The position numbers and the translations under genes were made by a program. Positions 18,484 through 28,213 of a DNA stretch of 64,000 nucleotides are shown piece by piece (position 1 is the stretch's first letter; each line of letters begins with the position of its first letter). The notes under the pieces are model-generated. The model searched no databases. It had not been told where the DNA came from and saw nothing but the letters and a program-made list of their open reading frames with translations. Source of the stretch: an uncultured SAR116 cluster alpha proteobacterium (lineage in GTDB: Bacteria > Pseudomonadota > Alphaproteobacteria > Puniceispirillales > Marisalimonadaceae); NCBI GenBank assembly GCA_902615995.1, contig CACMRF010000003.1, forward strand, positions 10,068-74,067, written 5' to 3'.

Positions 18484-19236
18484 ATGGATAAAGTAGCAAT
18501 AATAACAGGCGCTGCAAGAGGCATAGGTCTCGCTACAGCTAAAATATTCTTACAACAAAATTATAAAGTTGTAATAGTTGATAGAGACAGAAATGAAGTG
18601 AATAAACTTAAATTAAAAAATGACAAATTATTAAAATATATTTGTGATATATCATATCCTAAAAAAAATAAAAGTATGATTGAGGATATTTATAAATGGG
18701 GGAAACGAATAGATATTTTAGTAAATAATGCCGGTGTAGCTGATTTTGGAAAAATTGAAACTGTAAAATTTAAAAATTGGCGTAAAATCATGGATACAAA
18801 TTTAGATGGCACATTTTTAACAACGCAAAATGTAATTAAATATTTAAAAAAAACTAAAGGAAGTATTATTAATATTGCATCAATATCTGGATTAAGAGCA
18901 TCAACTTTAAGGATTGCATATGGAACTTCAAAAGCAGCAATTATACAATTAACTCAACAACAAGCTATAGAATTAGGCGAATTTGGGATCAGAGTAAATT
19001 GTGTCTCACCAGGGCCTGTAAAGACTAAATTAGCTCAAGCAGTGCACACTCCAGACATTGTGAAAGCTTACCATGATTCAATACCCCTTAACAGATATGG
19101 TATGGAAAATGAAATTGCTGAAGCAATTTTTTTCTTATCCTCTGAAAAAGCAAGTTATATAACTGGACAAAATTTATCAGTTGATGGTGGTTTTGAAGCA
19201 TCCGGTGTCGGACTCATTTCATTAAGAGAGAGTTAA
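18484..19236 (+). CDS. SDR-family oxidoreductase (3-oxoacyl-ACP reductase-like)
   Basis: Classical SDR motifs TGAARGIG, NNAG and YGTSKAA (YxxxK). Confidence 0.85.
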   Translation: MDKVAIITGAARGIGLATAKIFLQQNYKVVIVDRDRNEVNKLKLKNDKLLKYICDISYPKKNKSMIEDIYKWGKRIDILVNNAGVADFGKIETVKFKNWRKIMDTNLDGTFLTTQNVIKYLKKTKGSIINIASISGLRASTLRIAYGTSKAAIIQLTQQQAIELGEFGIRVNCVSPGPVKTKLAQAVHTPDIVKAYHDSIPLNRYGMENEIAEAIFFLSSEKASYITGQNLSVDGGFEASGVGLISLRES

Positions 19237-19267
19237 TCAATATTGATAAAACAATAAAACATCATAA

Positions 19268-20428
19268 TTATACTTTAAATAAAATTTCTGTGAGATCATT
19301 TAATTTTTCATCAGGAAAAACTTCTGTATTTAACAATTGAAAGTCTGTATCAAAACACACTGACATTGCTGAACAATAGACAGAACGAGAATCTAAGGTA
19401 GAGTTCAAATCTCTTCCTTCAAATAAATTTTTATTTTTAATACCAGGCCAATCTGCATAAACTTGAGATTTTTTAACTAAACCACCACCTAAAAGAATCG
19501 AAGTTCCATAACCATGTTCTGTTCCATAGCCATTATTTTGAACTAATGTTCTTCCAAATTCAGTAAGTGTAATTATTAAAGTATTTTTAAAAGAGTTACC
19601 TAATGTTTTTTTCAAAACATCAAATGTATAATCTACTTGTTTAAGCTTTTGTCCATGCTCACCATCTGCACCCCCTTGTGCAGCATGAGTATCAAAACCA
19701 AACACTTCAAACACAGCAACTCGAGGACCATCAATTTTTTTAAGTTCTGAACCTGCAATCCTTGCAAGTGTTTTTAAATTTTTATTATTTGGAGATTTAG
19801 TCATAGAGATTGGCCTGCTAATTAGTTTATCAAAAGATTTTTTTAATAGAGGTTCGTCTTCATAATGATGTTTTAATATATCAACTAAATTTCTAGTTGG
19901 CATACTCAACTTTGAAGGAAAAAAATTATCTTGATTTGCTTTACCCCTTAATAATAAAGGCATAGGCAAAGACATGGACAAGCCCTCTAATCCAGCAACA
20001 TCAATTCCCCTTCCAAGCCATCCTGTTTTCAACTTATAAGGTATTGTACCACCACTTTCCATTAAATTTTGACCGTCAAAATGTGACCTACCAGTATATG
20101 GAATATTTGTTGCATGAACAATTGAAGCTTCATTTGATTTCCACAATTTGTGGAAGCCTGAAAGTTTAGGATGGAGGCTAAAATCACTATTTAAATCTAA
20201 TAATTTTTTTACAACTATGTCAGGTCTTACTTTTTCTAATGTATTATCATGAATGTAAGGAACTGATGTCAAACCATCCATCGCACCTCTTAACATAATT
20301 ACAACCAAGTTCTTTTTATTATCTAACATAGATGAATTAACTTTTAGAGGTAACATCCCTGACAATAAGAGTGTTGTTGACCCTAATGTAAATTGTCTTC
20401 TATTAATTTTCATGTCTTTAACATCCAT
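19268..20428 (-). CDS. DUF1501-family protein (Tat-signal, sulfatase/alkaline-phosphatase-like fold)
   Basis: Twin-arginine motif NRRQFTLG. Blocks GRSHFDGQ, GFDTHAAQG and TEFGRT...GTEHGYG are typical of DUF1501. An alternative ATG at 20413 would give an ATGA overlap with the upstream gene's stop. Confidence 0.8.
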   Translation of the reverse strand: MDVKDMKINRRQFTLGSTTLLLSGMLPLKVNSSMLDNKKNLVVIMLRGAMDGLTSVPYIHDNTLEKVRPDIVVKKLLDLNSDFSLHPKLSGFHKLWKSNEASIVHATNIPYTGRSHFDGQNLMESGGTIPYKLKTGWLGRGIDVAGLEGLSMSLPMPLLLRGKANQDNFFPSKLSMPTRNLVDILKHHYEDEPLLKKSFDKLISRPISMTKSPNNKNLKTLARIAGSELKKIDGPRVAVFEVFGFDTHAAQGGADGEHGQKLKQVDYTFDVLKKTLGNSFKNTLIITLTEFGRTLVQNNGYGTEHGYGTSILLGGGLVKKSQVYADWPGIKNKNLFEGRDLNSTLDSRSVYCSAMSVCFDTDFQLLNTEVFPDEKLNDLTEILFKV

Positions 20429-21861
20429 TTACTACTAAAAAGCGCGACACTTTCTTCATTATTATTAACCTTTCTAAGAAAAGTTTTTATCTCCGAGACA
20501 TTGTCAAAATTTAATTCAATTATTCTATCTAAATAGCTTTTATCTAAATGTATTAGTTTCCCTTTTTGTTTTAATGCATTCAAAATGCCAATTCTTCTAA
20601 ATAAAAATTCTGGAGAAAGCCAGTCTTCTTCAAAATCTGACCAACCATTAGGCTGAAGTGGTCTAAATGGTAATTGACCCAAGTTTCTACAAATTCTTCT
20701 TACACGATCTTTATCCCGTGGAATCATAGTCTCAAAATCATAAGTCATATCCTTTGGAAAATAATCTAAACCAGACATTTTTATAAATTGTAATAACCAA
20801 GTTTCGGGTTGTTGAAATTTTTTTAAATAAGAAAATTTGTAAGCTTGTTTTAAAACTTCAGAATGTATTATTTTTAGATCACCTTTTGATTTTTTCCATG
20901 CACTTATTACTGAATTAACAATTTCATCCGACGGATCTTGAGTAATAAAATGATTACATAATTTTTTTGAAATAAATTCTATACATGCTGGATTTTTTAC
21001 TAAATCTTTAATCACTTTTCTTAACATTTCTCTGGCAGACTTAGTACCAAAACTCTCAACATATTTTTTTCCTAATACATTAAATGGACCGCTATCATGA
21101 TATGCTTCTATAAAATGTACAGGGACATTTTCCTCTCTTTTGTGGATCTTTGAACTAATTTTAGGAATTCTATGCATCCAACCGGACATTACTTTTGACA
21201 TGTCTATAACATCATTTTGTGTATAACCAGCATTTGGTGAAACTGTATGTAGCTCAAGTAACTCTCTGCCATGATTCTCATTTAAATTAGCTGACTTTCC
21301 TCTTTCAGCATACTTAAATGCTTTTGGAGAATTAGGCCCTATAGATTTTGTATTATCTAAATTATGTATCATTGCCCAGGAAATTGTTACTTCATAGACT
21401 AAATCTTCTATATTTTTTAACATTGCAGGTGCAATCACTTCTCTATGATATGGACCTACATCATAAGAATACATTGCATTTTTCTTTTGAATTGCGAAAT
21501 GATTTCCCCAAAAATGTAAAAATCTATGAAATACTGGTGAATTACCATTTACTGCCTCATTATGTCTAATATATAGCCATAAGGGCTCAAAGTAATGAAA
21601 ACCAGTTTTGTATTTAAGTATTTTTTTTTCTTTTTTATAAGCTTTTCTATCTTTCTTAAATTTTTTCCTTAATACTCTTCTATCTTGATAGTTATACTTA
21701 CCGTGAAACTCCATCATTTCTTTTAATGAATAAATAGGCCCTGACCAATTAAGTTTTGGTAATTTTTCAATTTGTGAAATAGACCACTCAAGTGGATTAG
21801 ACGGAATAGATTCGTCTACCCCTAGACCAAAACCAACTTTTCGAAAAAAAGATTTATTCAT
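20410..21861 (-). CDS. DUF1800-family protein
   Basis: FLHFWGNHFA and LLELHTVSPNAGYTQNDV blocks typical of DUF1800. It sits immediately upstream of, and overlapping, the DUF1501 gene. Confidence 0.8.
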   Translation of the reverse strand: MNKSFFRKVGFGLGVDESIPSNPLEWSISQIEKLPKLNWSGPIYSLKEMMEFHGKYNYQDRRVLRKKFKKDRKAYKKEKKILKYKTGFHYFEPLWLYIRHNEAVNGNSPVFHRFLHFWGNHFAIQKKNAMYSYDVGPYHREVIAPAMLKNIEDLVYEVTISWAMIHNLDNTKSIGPNSPKAFKYAERGKSANLNENHGRELLELHTVSPNAGYTQNDVIDMSKVMSGWMHRIPKISSKIHKREENVPVHFIEAYHDSGPFNVLGKKYVESFGTKSAREMLRKVIKDLVKNPACIEFISKKLCNHFITQDPSDEIVNSVISAWKKSKGDLKIIHSEVLKQAYKFSYLKKFQQPETWLLQFIKMSGLDYFPKDMTYDFETMIPRDKDRVRRICRNLGQLPFRPLQPNGWSDFEEDWLSPEFLFRRIGILNALKQKGKLIHLDKSYLDRIIELNFDNVSEIKTFLRKVNNNEESVALFSSKWMLKT

Positions 21862-21916
21862 TCACTAAATATAAAAATTATTGAAATTTTATCAATATAT
21901 AAGTTATTTAAATTAT

Positions 21917-22591
21917 ATGGGTAAGATAAATTTAGAAAGTAGTTGGTTAGAGGTTTTAAAAGATGAATTTGAAAAACCATATATGAAGAATTTATCTGTT
22001 TTTTTAAATAATGAAAAAAAAAATAGTAAAATAATTTATCCACCTGGGTCAAAAATTTTTAATGCCTTAAATTTAACTCCTTTCACTTCAGTAAAAGTTA
22101 TAATTTTAGGTCAAGACCCATATCATGGCCATAATCAGGCAAATGGACTTAGTTTTTCAGTGGAAATTGGAAATAAAATTCCACCATCATTACAAAATAT
22201 TTTTAAAGAACTTAATTCAGATCTAAATATTTTACCATCTCAACATGGTGATCTTTCGAATTGGGCAAAACAAGGAGTTTTATTACTTAATACAATATTA
22301 ACAGTTGAATCTTCTAAACCTTCTTCACACTCTAATAAGGGCTGGGAAATATTCACAGATAAAATACTTCATTCACTTAGCTCCCTAAAAGAAAATTTAG
22401 TATTTATTTTGTGGGGGAAAAAAGCACAAGAAAAAATTTCACTAATTGATGAAAGTAAACATAAAATTTTAAAAAGCCCTCATCCATCTCCATATTCAGC
22501 TAATAATGGATTTTTTGGATCACAACCTTTTTCAAAAACAAATTTCTTCTTGGAAAGTAAAAAAATTGATAAGATTAATTGGAAACTATAA
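21917..22591 (+). CDS. ung: Uracil-DNA glycosylase (family 1)
   Basis: GQDPYHG motif, LLLNT, and C-terminal HPSPYSA. ATG at 21917 preferred over the track's TTG at 21881. Confidence 0.9.
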   Translation: MGKINLESSWLEVLKDEFEKPYMKNLSVFLNNEKKNSKIIYPPGSKIFNALNLTPFTSVKVIILGQDPYHGHNQANGLSFSVEIGNKIPPSLQNIFKELNSDLNILPSQHGDLSNWAKQGVLLLNTILTVESSKPSSHSNKGWEIFTDKILHSLSSLKENLVFILWGKKAQEKISLIDESKHKILKSPHPSPYSANNGFFGSQPFSKTNFFLESKKIDKINWKL

Positions 22592-22593
22592 AA

Positions 22594-23499
22594 ATGAAAA
22601 ATAATTTAAAACCTCTAAAAACTGACAAATTAAATATTTCATATTTTGAGATTGGACATAAAAATAGTATTCCAGTTTTTCTTATGCATGGTTTTCCATA
22701 TGACATATATGCTTATAAAGATGTAGTTGAAATTTTAAAAAAACATGATTTAAGAATTATAGTTCCATATTTAAGAGGTTTCGGACCTACTAAGTTTTTG
22801 AATAAAAGCTTAATTAGATCTGGAGAGCAAGCGGCACTAGGAAAAGATCTTATTGACCTTATGGATGGCTTAAATATCAAAAAAGCAATACTTGCTGGTT
22901 ACGATTGGGGTGGAAGAGCAGCATGTATTGTGGCTGCTCTATATCCCCAAAGATGTATAGGGCTTATCTCATGTAATGGTTATAATATTCAAAATATTAA
23001 AATTGATAGCATCACCCCAGATAAACCAGAAAATGAAAAGAACTACTGGTATCAATATTTCTTTCATACAAAAAGAGGTTTTAACTCACTAACAAAAAAT
23101 CGTAATGATATAATAAAATTTCTTTGGAAAACTTGGTCGCCAACCTGGAAATTTTCTAAAAAAGATTTTGAGTTATCTCAAGAAAGTTTTCAAAATCCTG
23201 ATTTTGTAGATGTTGTTATTCATAGCTACAAACACAGATATGGTCTTGTTGATGGTGATAAAAGTTATTCTGCAATAGAAAATAAATTGTCATTAACACC
23301 AAAAATTAAAGTTCCGACAATTACACTTGATGGCTTAATGAATGGAGTTCGAGAACCAAAACACGAAAAAAATATAAAAAAGTTTACCAATCTTATTAAA
23401 CATAAATTATTAAAAAATGTTGGTCATAATGTACCACAAGAAAGTCCTCTGATTTTTTCAAATTTAATATTAGAAATTAAGAAATATGCAAATCATTAA
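22594..23499 (+). CDS. Alpha/beta hydrolase (epoxide hydrolase / haloacetate dehalogenase-like)
   Basis: HGFP oxyanion motif and GYDWGG nucleophile elbow. ATG at 22594 preferred over TTG at 22579. Confidence 0.75.
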   Translation: MKNNLKPLKTDKLNISYFEIGHKNSIPVFLMHGFPYDIYAYKDVVEILKKHDLRIIVPYLRGFGPTKFLNKSLIRSGEQAALGKDLIDLMDGLNIKKAILAGYDWGGRAACIVAALYPQRCIGLISCNGYNIQNIKIDSITPDKPENEKNYWYQYFFHTKRGFNSLTKNRNDIIKFLWKTWSPTWKFSKKDFELSQESFQNPDFVDVVIHSYKHRYGLVDGDKSYSAIENKLSLTPKIKVPTITLDGLMNGVREPKHEKNIKKFTNLIKHKLLKNVGHNVPQESPLIFSNLILEIKKYANH

Positions 23500-24529
23500 A
23501 GATTACTCTCCTGGCCTGGTATTTTGTACATTTATTCTATTTATTTGTTATTTAATTGATATTTATCTAAAATCACAAAATATTTTACTTTCATTAGCCT
23601 TTATTAGTTTAATTTTTGGAATAACTCTTAACAAGTTTTACTTGAGACATGCAACATTAAAAAAGTTTACTGAATTTTCTTTAAAGAAACTTCTTAGACT
23701 AGGTATAGCACTTTTAGGAATCTCTTTAAGTCTAAATCAACTTATGATGTTTGGATACATGTCATTTTTTTTAATTATTTTAAATATTATTTTAATATTT
23801 TTAATTATATATATATTTGCAAAATATTTTAATTTATCTAAAAATCTTTCTTATTTAATTGGTATGGGTACAGCAATTTGTGGTGTAACAGCTATAATTG
23901 CTACATCTAGTATCATAAACCCAAAAAAAAATGAAATTAGTTACGCCGTGTCAATTGTTACTATATTTGGACTTATTACAGTACTTACTTACCCTTATAT
24001 TTCTGAATTTCTGTTTAAAAATGATGACATCTTAGCTGGCATTTTTTTAGGTGCTTCTATTCATGATACTGCTCAAGTCAGTGCTGCTGGAATGATTTAT
24101 GATGAAACATTTGTTTCAGAAAATGCTTTAAATTCTGCAATGGCTACAAAATTATTAAGAAATTCTTTTTTAATATTATTGATACCGTTACTTACATTAA
24201 AATTTGTAAAAGAAACGAAAATAGATTTCAAAACTAATTTAATAAAATTCCTACCTATGTTTGTAGTTGGATTTATCATGTTTAGTATTTTCAGAACTTT
24301 AGGAGACTTAAACTTTTTAAATACGCAATACGAGATAATGTGGATAGAAAGTATAAGTATCATAAAATACATTGCTAAAATTTTAATTTTATATGGAATG
24401 CTTTCATTGGGACTTCAAACAAATCTCAATCAAATCTTCACTCTTGGTTATAAACCACTCATTGTAGGTTTCATAGCCTGTATATCAGTTGGGTTATTAA
24501 CAATTTTTTATTTAAAAATTTTATTTTAA
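23486..24529 (+). CDS. YeiH/UPF0324-family integral membrane protein
   Basis: 347 aa with about 10 TM helices. IGMGTAICGVTAI block typical of the YeiH family. Confidence 0.65.
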   Translation: MQIIKDYSPGLVFCTFILFICYLIDIYLKSQNILLSLAFISLIFGITLNKFYLRHATLKKFTEFSLKKLLRLGIALLGISLSLNQLMMFGYMSFFLIILNIILIFLIIYIFAKYFNLSKNLSYLIGMGTAICGVTAIIATSSIINPKKNEISYAVSIVTIFGLITVLTYPYISEFLFKNDDILAGIFLGASIHDTAQVSAAGMIYDETFVSENALNSAMATKLLRNSFLILLIPLLTLKFVKETKIDFKTNLIKFLPMFVVGFIMFSIFRTLGDLNFLNTQYEIMWIESISIIKYIAKILILYGMLSLGLQTNLNQIFTLGYKPLIVGFIACISVGLLTIFYLKILF

Positions 24530-24535
24530 ACAAAT

Positions 24536-25009
24536 TCAATGTTTATGATTAACATGACCTTTAGTATTATTTTTTTTAATTTGGAATGGTATTTCTATAG
24601 ATCCATTTTTTTTAAAGTTTAATTTTATATATAAATATTTTTTATTTTTTAACCCCTCATTAATTTCAGAAAACATTAAATGGAAACTACCAGGCTTTAA
24701 TACAATCTTAGATTTTTTTTTAATAATTAATCCAAATTTCAAATGTTTCATTTTCATAACATCATTTTGTATATTCATAGAGTGTATTTGATTATTTTTA
24801 GCAAAATTTGATTCAATAAATAATAGAACATCATCTGATTTACCATTATTTATAATTTCTAAATATCCAGAAGTAACTTTTTGACCAGAGTGTATTGATT
24901 TAATCCATGGTTTATTTATAACTATATTATTAATTATAAAATCATCTGACCAAGAATTTTGAATAAAACAAAATAAAAATAAACAAAAATAGAAAAAATA
25001 TCTTTTCAT
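24536..25009 (-). CDS. Periplasmic copper chaperone PCu(A)C (DUF461)
   Basis: Signal peptide. A His/Met-rich block (IHSMNIQNDVMKMKHL) and LKPGSFHLMF (HxM) fit the PCuAC Cu(I)-binding pattern. Confidence 0.7.
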   Translation of the reverse strand: MKRYFFYFCLFLFCFIQNSWSDDFIINNIVINKPWIKSIHSGQKVTSGYLEIINNGKSDDVLLFIESNFAKNNQIHSMNIQNDVMKMKHLKFGLIIKKKSKIVLKPGSFHLMFSEINEGLKNKKYLYIKLNFKKNGSIEIPFQIKKNNTKGHVNHKH

Positions 25010-25049
25010 AAAATTAACTTAATTGAATAGCTTTGAAACACAATAAAAT

Positions 25050-25646
25050 TCAATTTAAAACATGACGAAAATTTTTTATTTCTGTATCAATTTTTTTTGA
25101 ATCAAATTTCTCTTTATTAAAAATTTTAAAGATTGCTTGCCTTCCACATTTTTGATGAACTCTTAAATACTTCTCAACAATATGATAATATGGTCTATCA
25201 AAATAATCGTCGAATATAATTATCGTTCCTTCTTTTGCAAATTTTAAACACGTAAAAAAACAACAAACTCTGAACCTTCCATCTATCAAAACAGTATCAG
25301 GAATTAAATTTTGTTTCCAAGCCCAATTTGTATAGTCAATAAAAGAATCTCTTTTTGAATAATCTATTGGAAACCCCCAGTTCTCAACTTTACCTACATC
25401 AATATATTTTAATTTTATTTTTTGTTCGTTATAGACTTTTGATTGTTTAATTGTTTTTATCCAGTCAATTGATGTATCAACAGATAAGATTTGAGCAGTT
25501 GTATTTTTTAATGCCCAATAAGTTGATTGTCCACAACCATATTCCACAAAAACATTTGATTTCATTAAATATTTTTTGAATAATTTATCATTATTTTCAA
25601 ATAATATGTTGTTTTTTTTTAATTTATTGTTTGATATATTTGTCAT
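25050..25646 (-). CDS. Hypothetical protein, class I SAM-methyltransferase-like fold
   Basis: 198 aa. VFVEYGCGQSTYWAL (motif I-like) and DTVLIDGRFRVCC blocks resemble an uncharacterised methyltransferase-like family. Recall-based. Confidence 0.4.
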   Translation of the reverse strand: MTNISNNKLKKNNILFENNDKLFKKYLMKSNVFVEYGCGQSTYWALKNTTAQILSVDTSIDWIKTIKQSKVYNEQKIKLKYIDVGKVENWGFPIDYSKRDSFIDYTNWAWKQNLIPDTVLIDGRFRVCCFFTCLKFAKEGTIIIFDDYFDRPYYHIVEKYLRVHQKCGRQAIFKIFNKEKFDSKKIDTEIKNFRHVLN

Positions 25647-25650
25647 TTAA

Positions 25651-26595
25651 CTATTGAAGATTTTTATTATTTACTTTCTCTCTATATGTAATAATTAACC
25701 CTGATGTAACTATTAAAAATATACCAGCAAATTCTATATTTTCTGGCCAAACATCAAAAACTAACTTGCTCCATAAACAAGCAAAAACTAAGTAAAAATA
25801 ATCTAAAGGCGCAAGCCAACTGCTTTCTGCATTCTGATACGCTTTAGCGAGTGCTAAATTTCCTATTATATTTAACAAAGAGCATGTAACAATAAATAAA
25901 AAGATTATCATAGTTAAATCAACCCAACCATTAGTTATAAAATCTATATTAAAATTTTGATCGTATTCAAATATAAATTCAAAGAAAATGATGCCTATAA
26001 TTCCTGATATAAAAAATAATATGCCTACAACAAAAGTAAGGGCAACTGGACTTTCATTCCTACAGTATTTTCGTATCATTATAATATTACAAGCATAAAA
26101 AAAGCCTGCAAGCATTGGTAATAATTGATATAGATTAAAATTTTCTTTCCAAAGTTGTAATATAAATACACTTCCAGTAAAACCCATTGCAAGTGCCACA
26201 AGCCTGTATTTACCAACCATTTCTTTTGTAATAACTATAGATAAAATTGTTACAAATATTGGAAATGTATATAAACCTGCTGCCATTTGAGATAGGGATA
26301 ATATTGGTGATGCTGAAAAAAAACAAAACATGCAAAGAACCATCATTGTACCTCTTATTGTAACTGGCAACCAATTTTCAGGAATTAACAAACTCTTATT
26401 TTGAAACAAAATTACAATTATGTATAAAAACATAATATTAAAAAATGATCTTATAAATTGTAACTGCCAAAATGTTGTATCATTAGCAATAAATTTTATC
26501 AGTGCATCTTGGTAAGATAAAATTAAAATACCAACTAATAAAGATGTGAGAGATAAAAAATTTGAATCTTTAGATGTTTTGTAAAGAAATTTCAT
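25651..26595 (-). CDS. DMT-superfamily (EamA-like) transporter
   Basis: 314 aa with about 10 TM helices in two similar halves. Confidence 0.7.
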   Translation of the reverse strand: MKFLYKTSKDSNFLSLTSLLVGILILSYQDALIKFIANDTTFWQLQFIRSFFNIMFLYIIVILFQNKSLLIPENWLPVTIRGTMMVLCMFCFFSASPILSLSQMAAGLYTFPIFVTILSIVITKEMVGKYRLVALAMGFTGSVFILQLWKENFNLYQLLPMLAGFFYACNIIMIRKYCRNESPVALTFVVGILFFISGIIGIIFFEFIFEYDQNFNIDFITNGWVDLTMIIFLFIVTCSLLNIIGNLALAKAYQNAESSWLAPLDYFYLVFACLWSKLVFDVWPENIEFAGIFLIVTSGLIITYREKVNNKNLQ

Positions 26596-26601
26596 TAATA
26601 T

Positions 26602-27372
26602 TTACGTAAAAATAATTCGCGTAATTATTGAGCCAAACCATCTGTTAATTTCCATTCTAACAGGAAAAACCTTTTTATTTAAAAAACCAAAATATAACTT
26701 CACATCAGAAAATTTATCATTTTCAGGTTTCCATTTTGAATCTAAATAATGACCTCCAATAGGATAAAATCTTAAACCACATATTATTACATTACCTTCA
26801 TAAGTTTTTGGTCTATCTTTCTTTAAAAATGACCTGCTTAACTCTATCATTTCTAAATCATATCTTCTTCTACCGTCAAAAACTCTAAATTTATTGATAC
26901 ATGAATTATTTAGTTGGAGATTGTCAATTGTATTAATCAATGCTGTAAATGGATCTGTTACATTAAAAATAGTATTTTGAGGAATTTTATTTACTTTTTT
27001 TAAATCCAACATTGGTGTATTTTGAAATTTTAAAACATTATTGGAATTGTCCCATTCAACATAAGATTTTCTCGTTTTGCCTTTATAACTTGAAAAAGTT
27101 TCATAAATCGAAGGAAATAATTTATCTCTAATTCTTTTAGACTGTCCTTTTATAGTTGAAGAAAATTTATAAAAACTTTTGAAAGAACCATCAGAAGAAG
27201 ATACTATTGAATATAAAATTTTATTTTCATTTTTGTTAACTGTGGCTGAAATTTTTGCAATTGAGAAATTAGAAAATTGAATTGAAAAATTATATTTATC
27301 TATTTTTGAACTAGATAATAATACTGATGGCCATATCAATAAAAGTGCATAAAAAAGAAGTTTAATGATCAT
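26602..27372 (-). CDS. Secreted hypothetical protein (DUF3108-like, tentative)
   Basis: 256 aa with N-terminal signal peptide (MIIKLLFYALLLIWPSVLLSSS) and a beta-rich composition. Family assignment by recall only. Confidence 0.35.
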   Translation of the reverse strand: MIIKLLFYALLLIWPSVLLSSSKIDKYNFSIQFSNFSIAKISATVNKNENKILYSIVSSSDGSFKSFYKFSSTIKGQSKRIRDKLFPSIYETFSSYKGKTRKSYVEWDNSNNVLKFQNTPMLDLKKVNKIPQNTIFNVTDPFTALINTIDNLQLNNSCINKFRVFDGRRRYDLEMIELSRSFLKKDRPKTYEGNVIICGLRFYPIGGHYLDSKWKPENDKFSDVKLYFGFLNKKVFPVRMEINRWFGSIITRIIFT

Positions 27373-27429
27373 TTTTTAAATGTTATAGAAATTACAAATT
27401 ATTGTACTAATTAGAAATGATTAATAAAT

Positions 27430-27888
27430 ATGTCAACTTTAATAATTGAAAAAGCAAAATTAAAAAATCTTAAAGATTTAATACATCTTCTATTTGACGA
27501 TGATCTTGGAAAAGATAGAGAGAATATAAGTGAAACATCATTTAATAATTATAAGAAATCATTTATGAAAATTCTAAATGATTCAAATAATGAAATTTTT
27601 ACAATGATTTTAAATGATCAAATAATCGGTATGATGCAATTAACTTTCATTCCAGGCCTATCTATGGAAGGCATGACAAGATGCCAAATTGAATCAGTTA
27701 GAATTAAGAAAGATTACAGAAATAAGGGTTATGGATCAGAATTGATGAAAAAAGGTATTCAAATCGCAAAATTAAATAAATGTGGTTTGATACAGTTAAC
27801 GAGTAATAAGAAAAGACTTAAAGCAATTAATTTTTATAAAAAACTTGGCTTTTTAAGTACACATAAAAGTTTTAAATTAAACCTATAG
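27430..27888 (+). CDS. GNAT family N-acetyltransferase
   Basis: 152 aa. YRNKGYGSELMKKG acetyl-CoA-binding motif and C-terminal FYKKLGF. Confidence 0.75.
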   Translation: MSTLIIEKAKLKNLKDLIHLLFDDDLGKDRENISETSFNNYKKSFMKILNDSNNEIFTMILNDQIIGMMQLTFIPGLSMEGMTRCQIESVRIKKDYRNKGYGSELMKKGIQIAKLNKCGLIQLTSNKKRLKAINFYKKLGFLSTHKSFKLNL

Positions 27889-27897
27889 AAAAAGGTT

Positions 27898-28182
27898 TTA
27901 TTTACAAAATGCCTCATATGAGTTAGCGAAAGTATTCATTCTTACTTCATGAACTCTCATTGCATTTCCAAAGATATTCTGCATTCTATTAATTTCTTTT
28001 TTGTCTTTATCTTTTAAATTTTCTCTTTCTTTAAGATATCTATTAAGAATATTGTTCCATGATTGATAACTTACGTCATATTTTTTTAAAATTTCTTCAC
28101 ATTTCTTTTTATCAAATACTTTACCATGTGACATTGATGAAAAGGTAAAGAACAAAATAACTAAAATAAAAATTCTTAACAT
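27898..28182 (-). CDS. Small secreted helical hypothetical protein
   Basis: ATG at 28180-28182 preceded by AGAGGTG. This is preferred over the track's GTG at 28203. Signal peptide MLRIFILVILFFTFSSMSHG. Two Cys. Confidence 0.4.
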   Translation of the reverse strand: MLRIFILVILFFTFSSMSHGKVFDKKKCEEILKKYDVSYQSWNNILNRYLKERENLKDKDKKEINRMQNIFGNAMRVHEVRMNTFANSYEAFCK

Positions 28183-28213
28183 ATACACCTCTTTATTTAA
28201 CACAAACTACACT

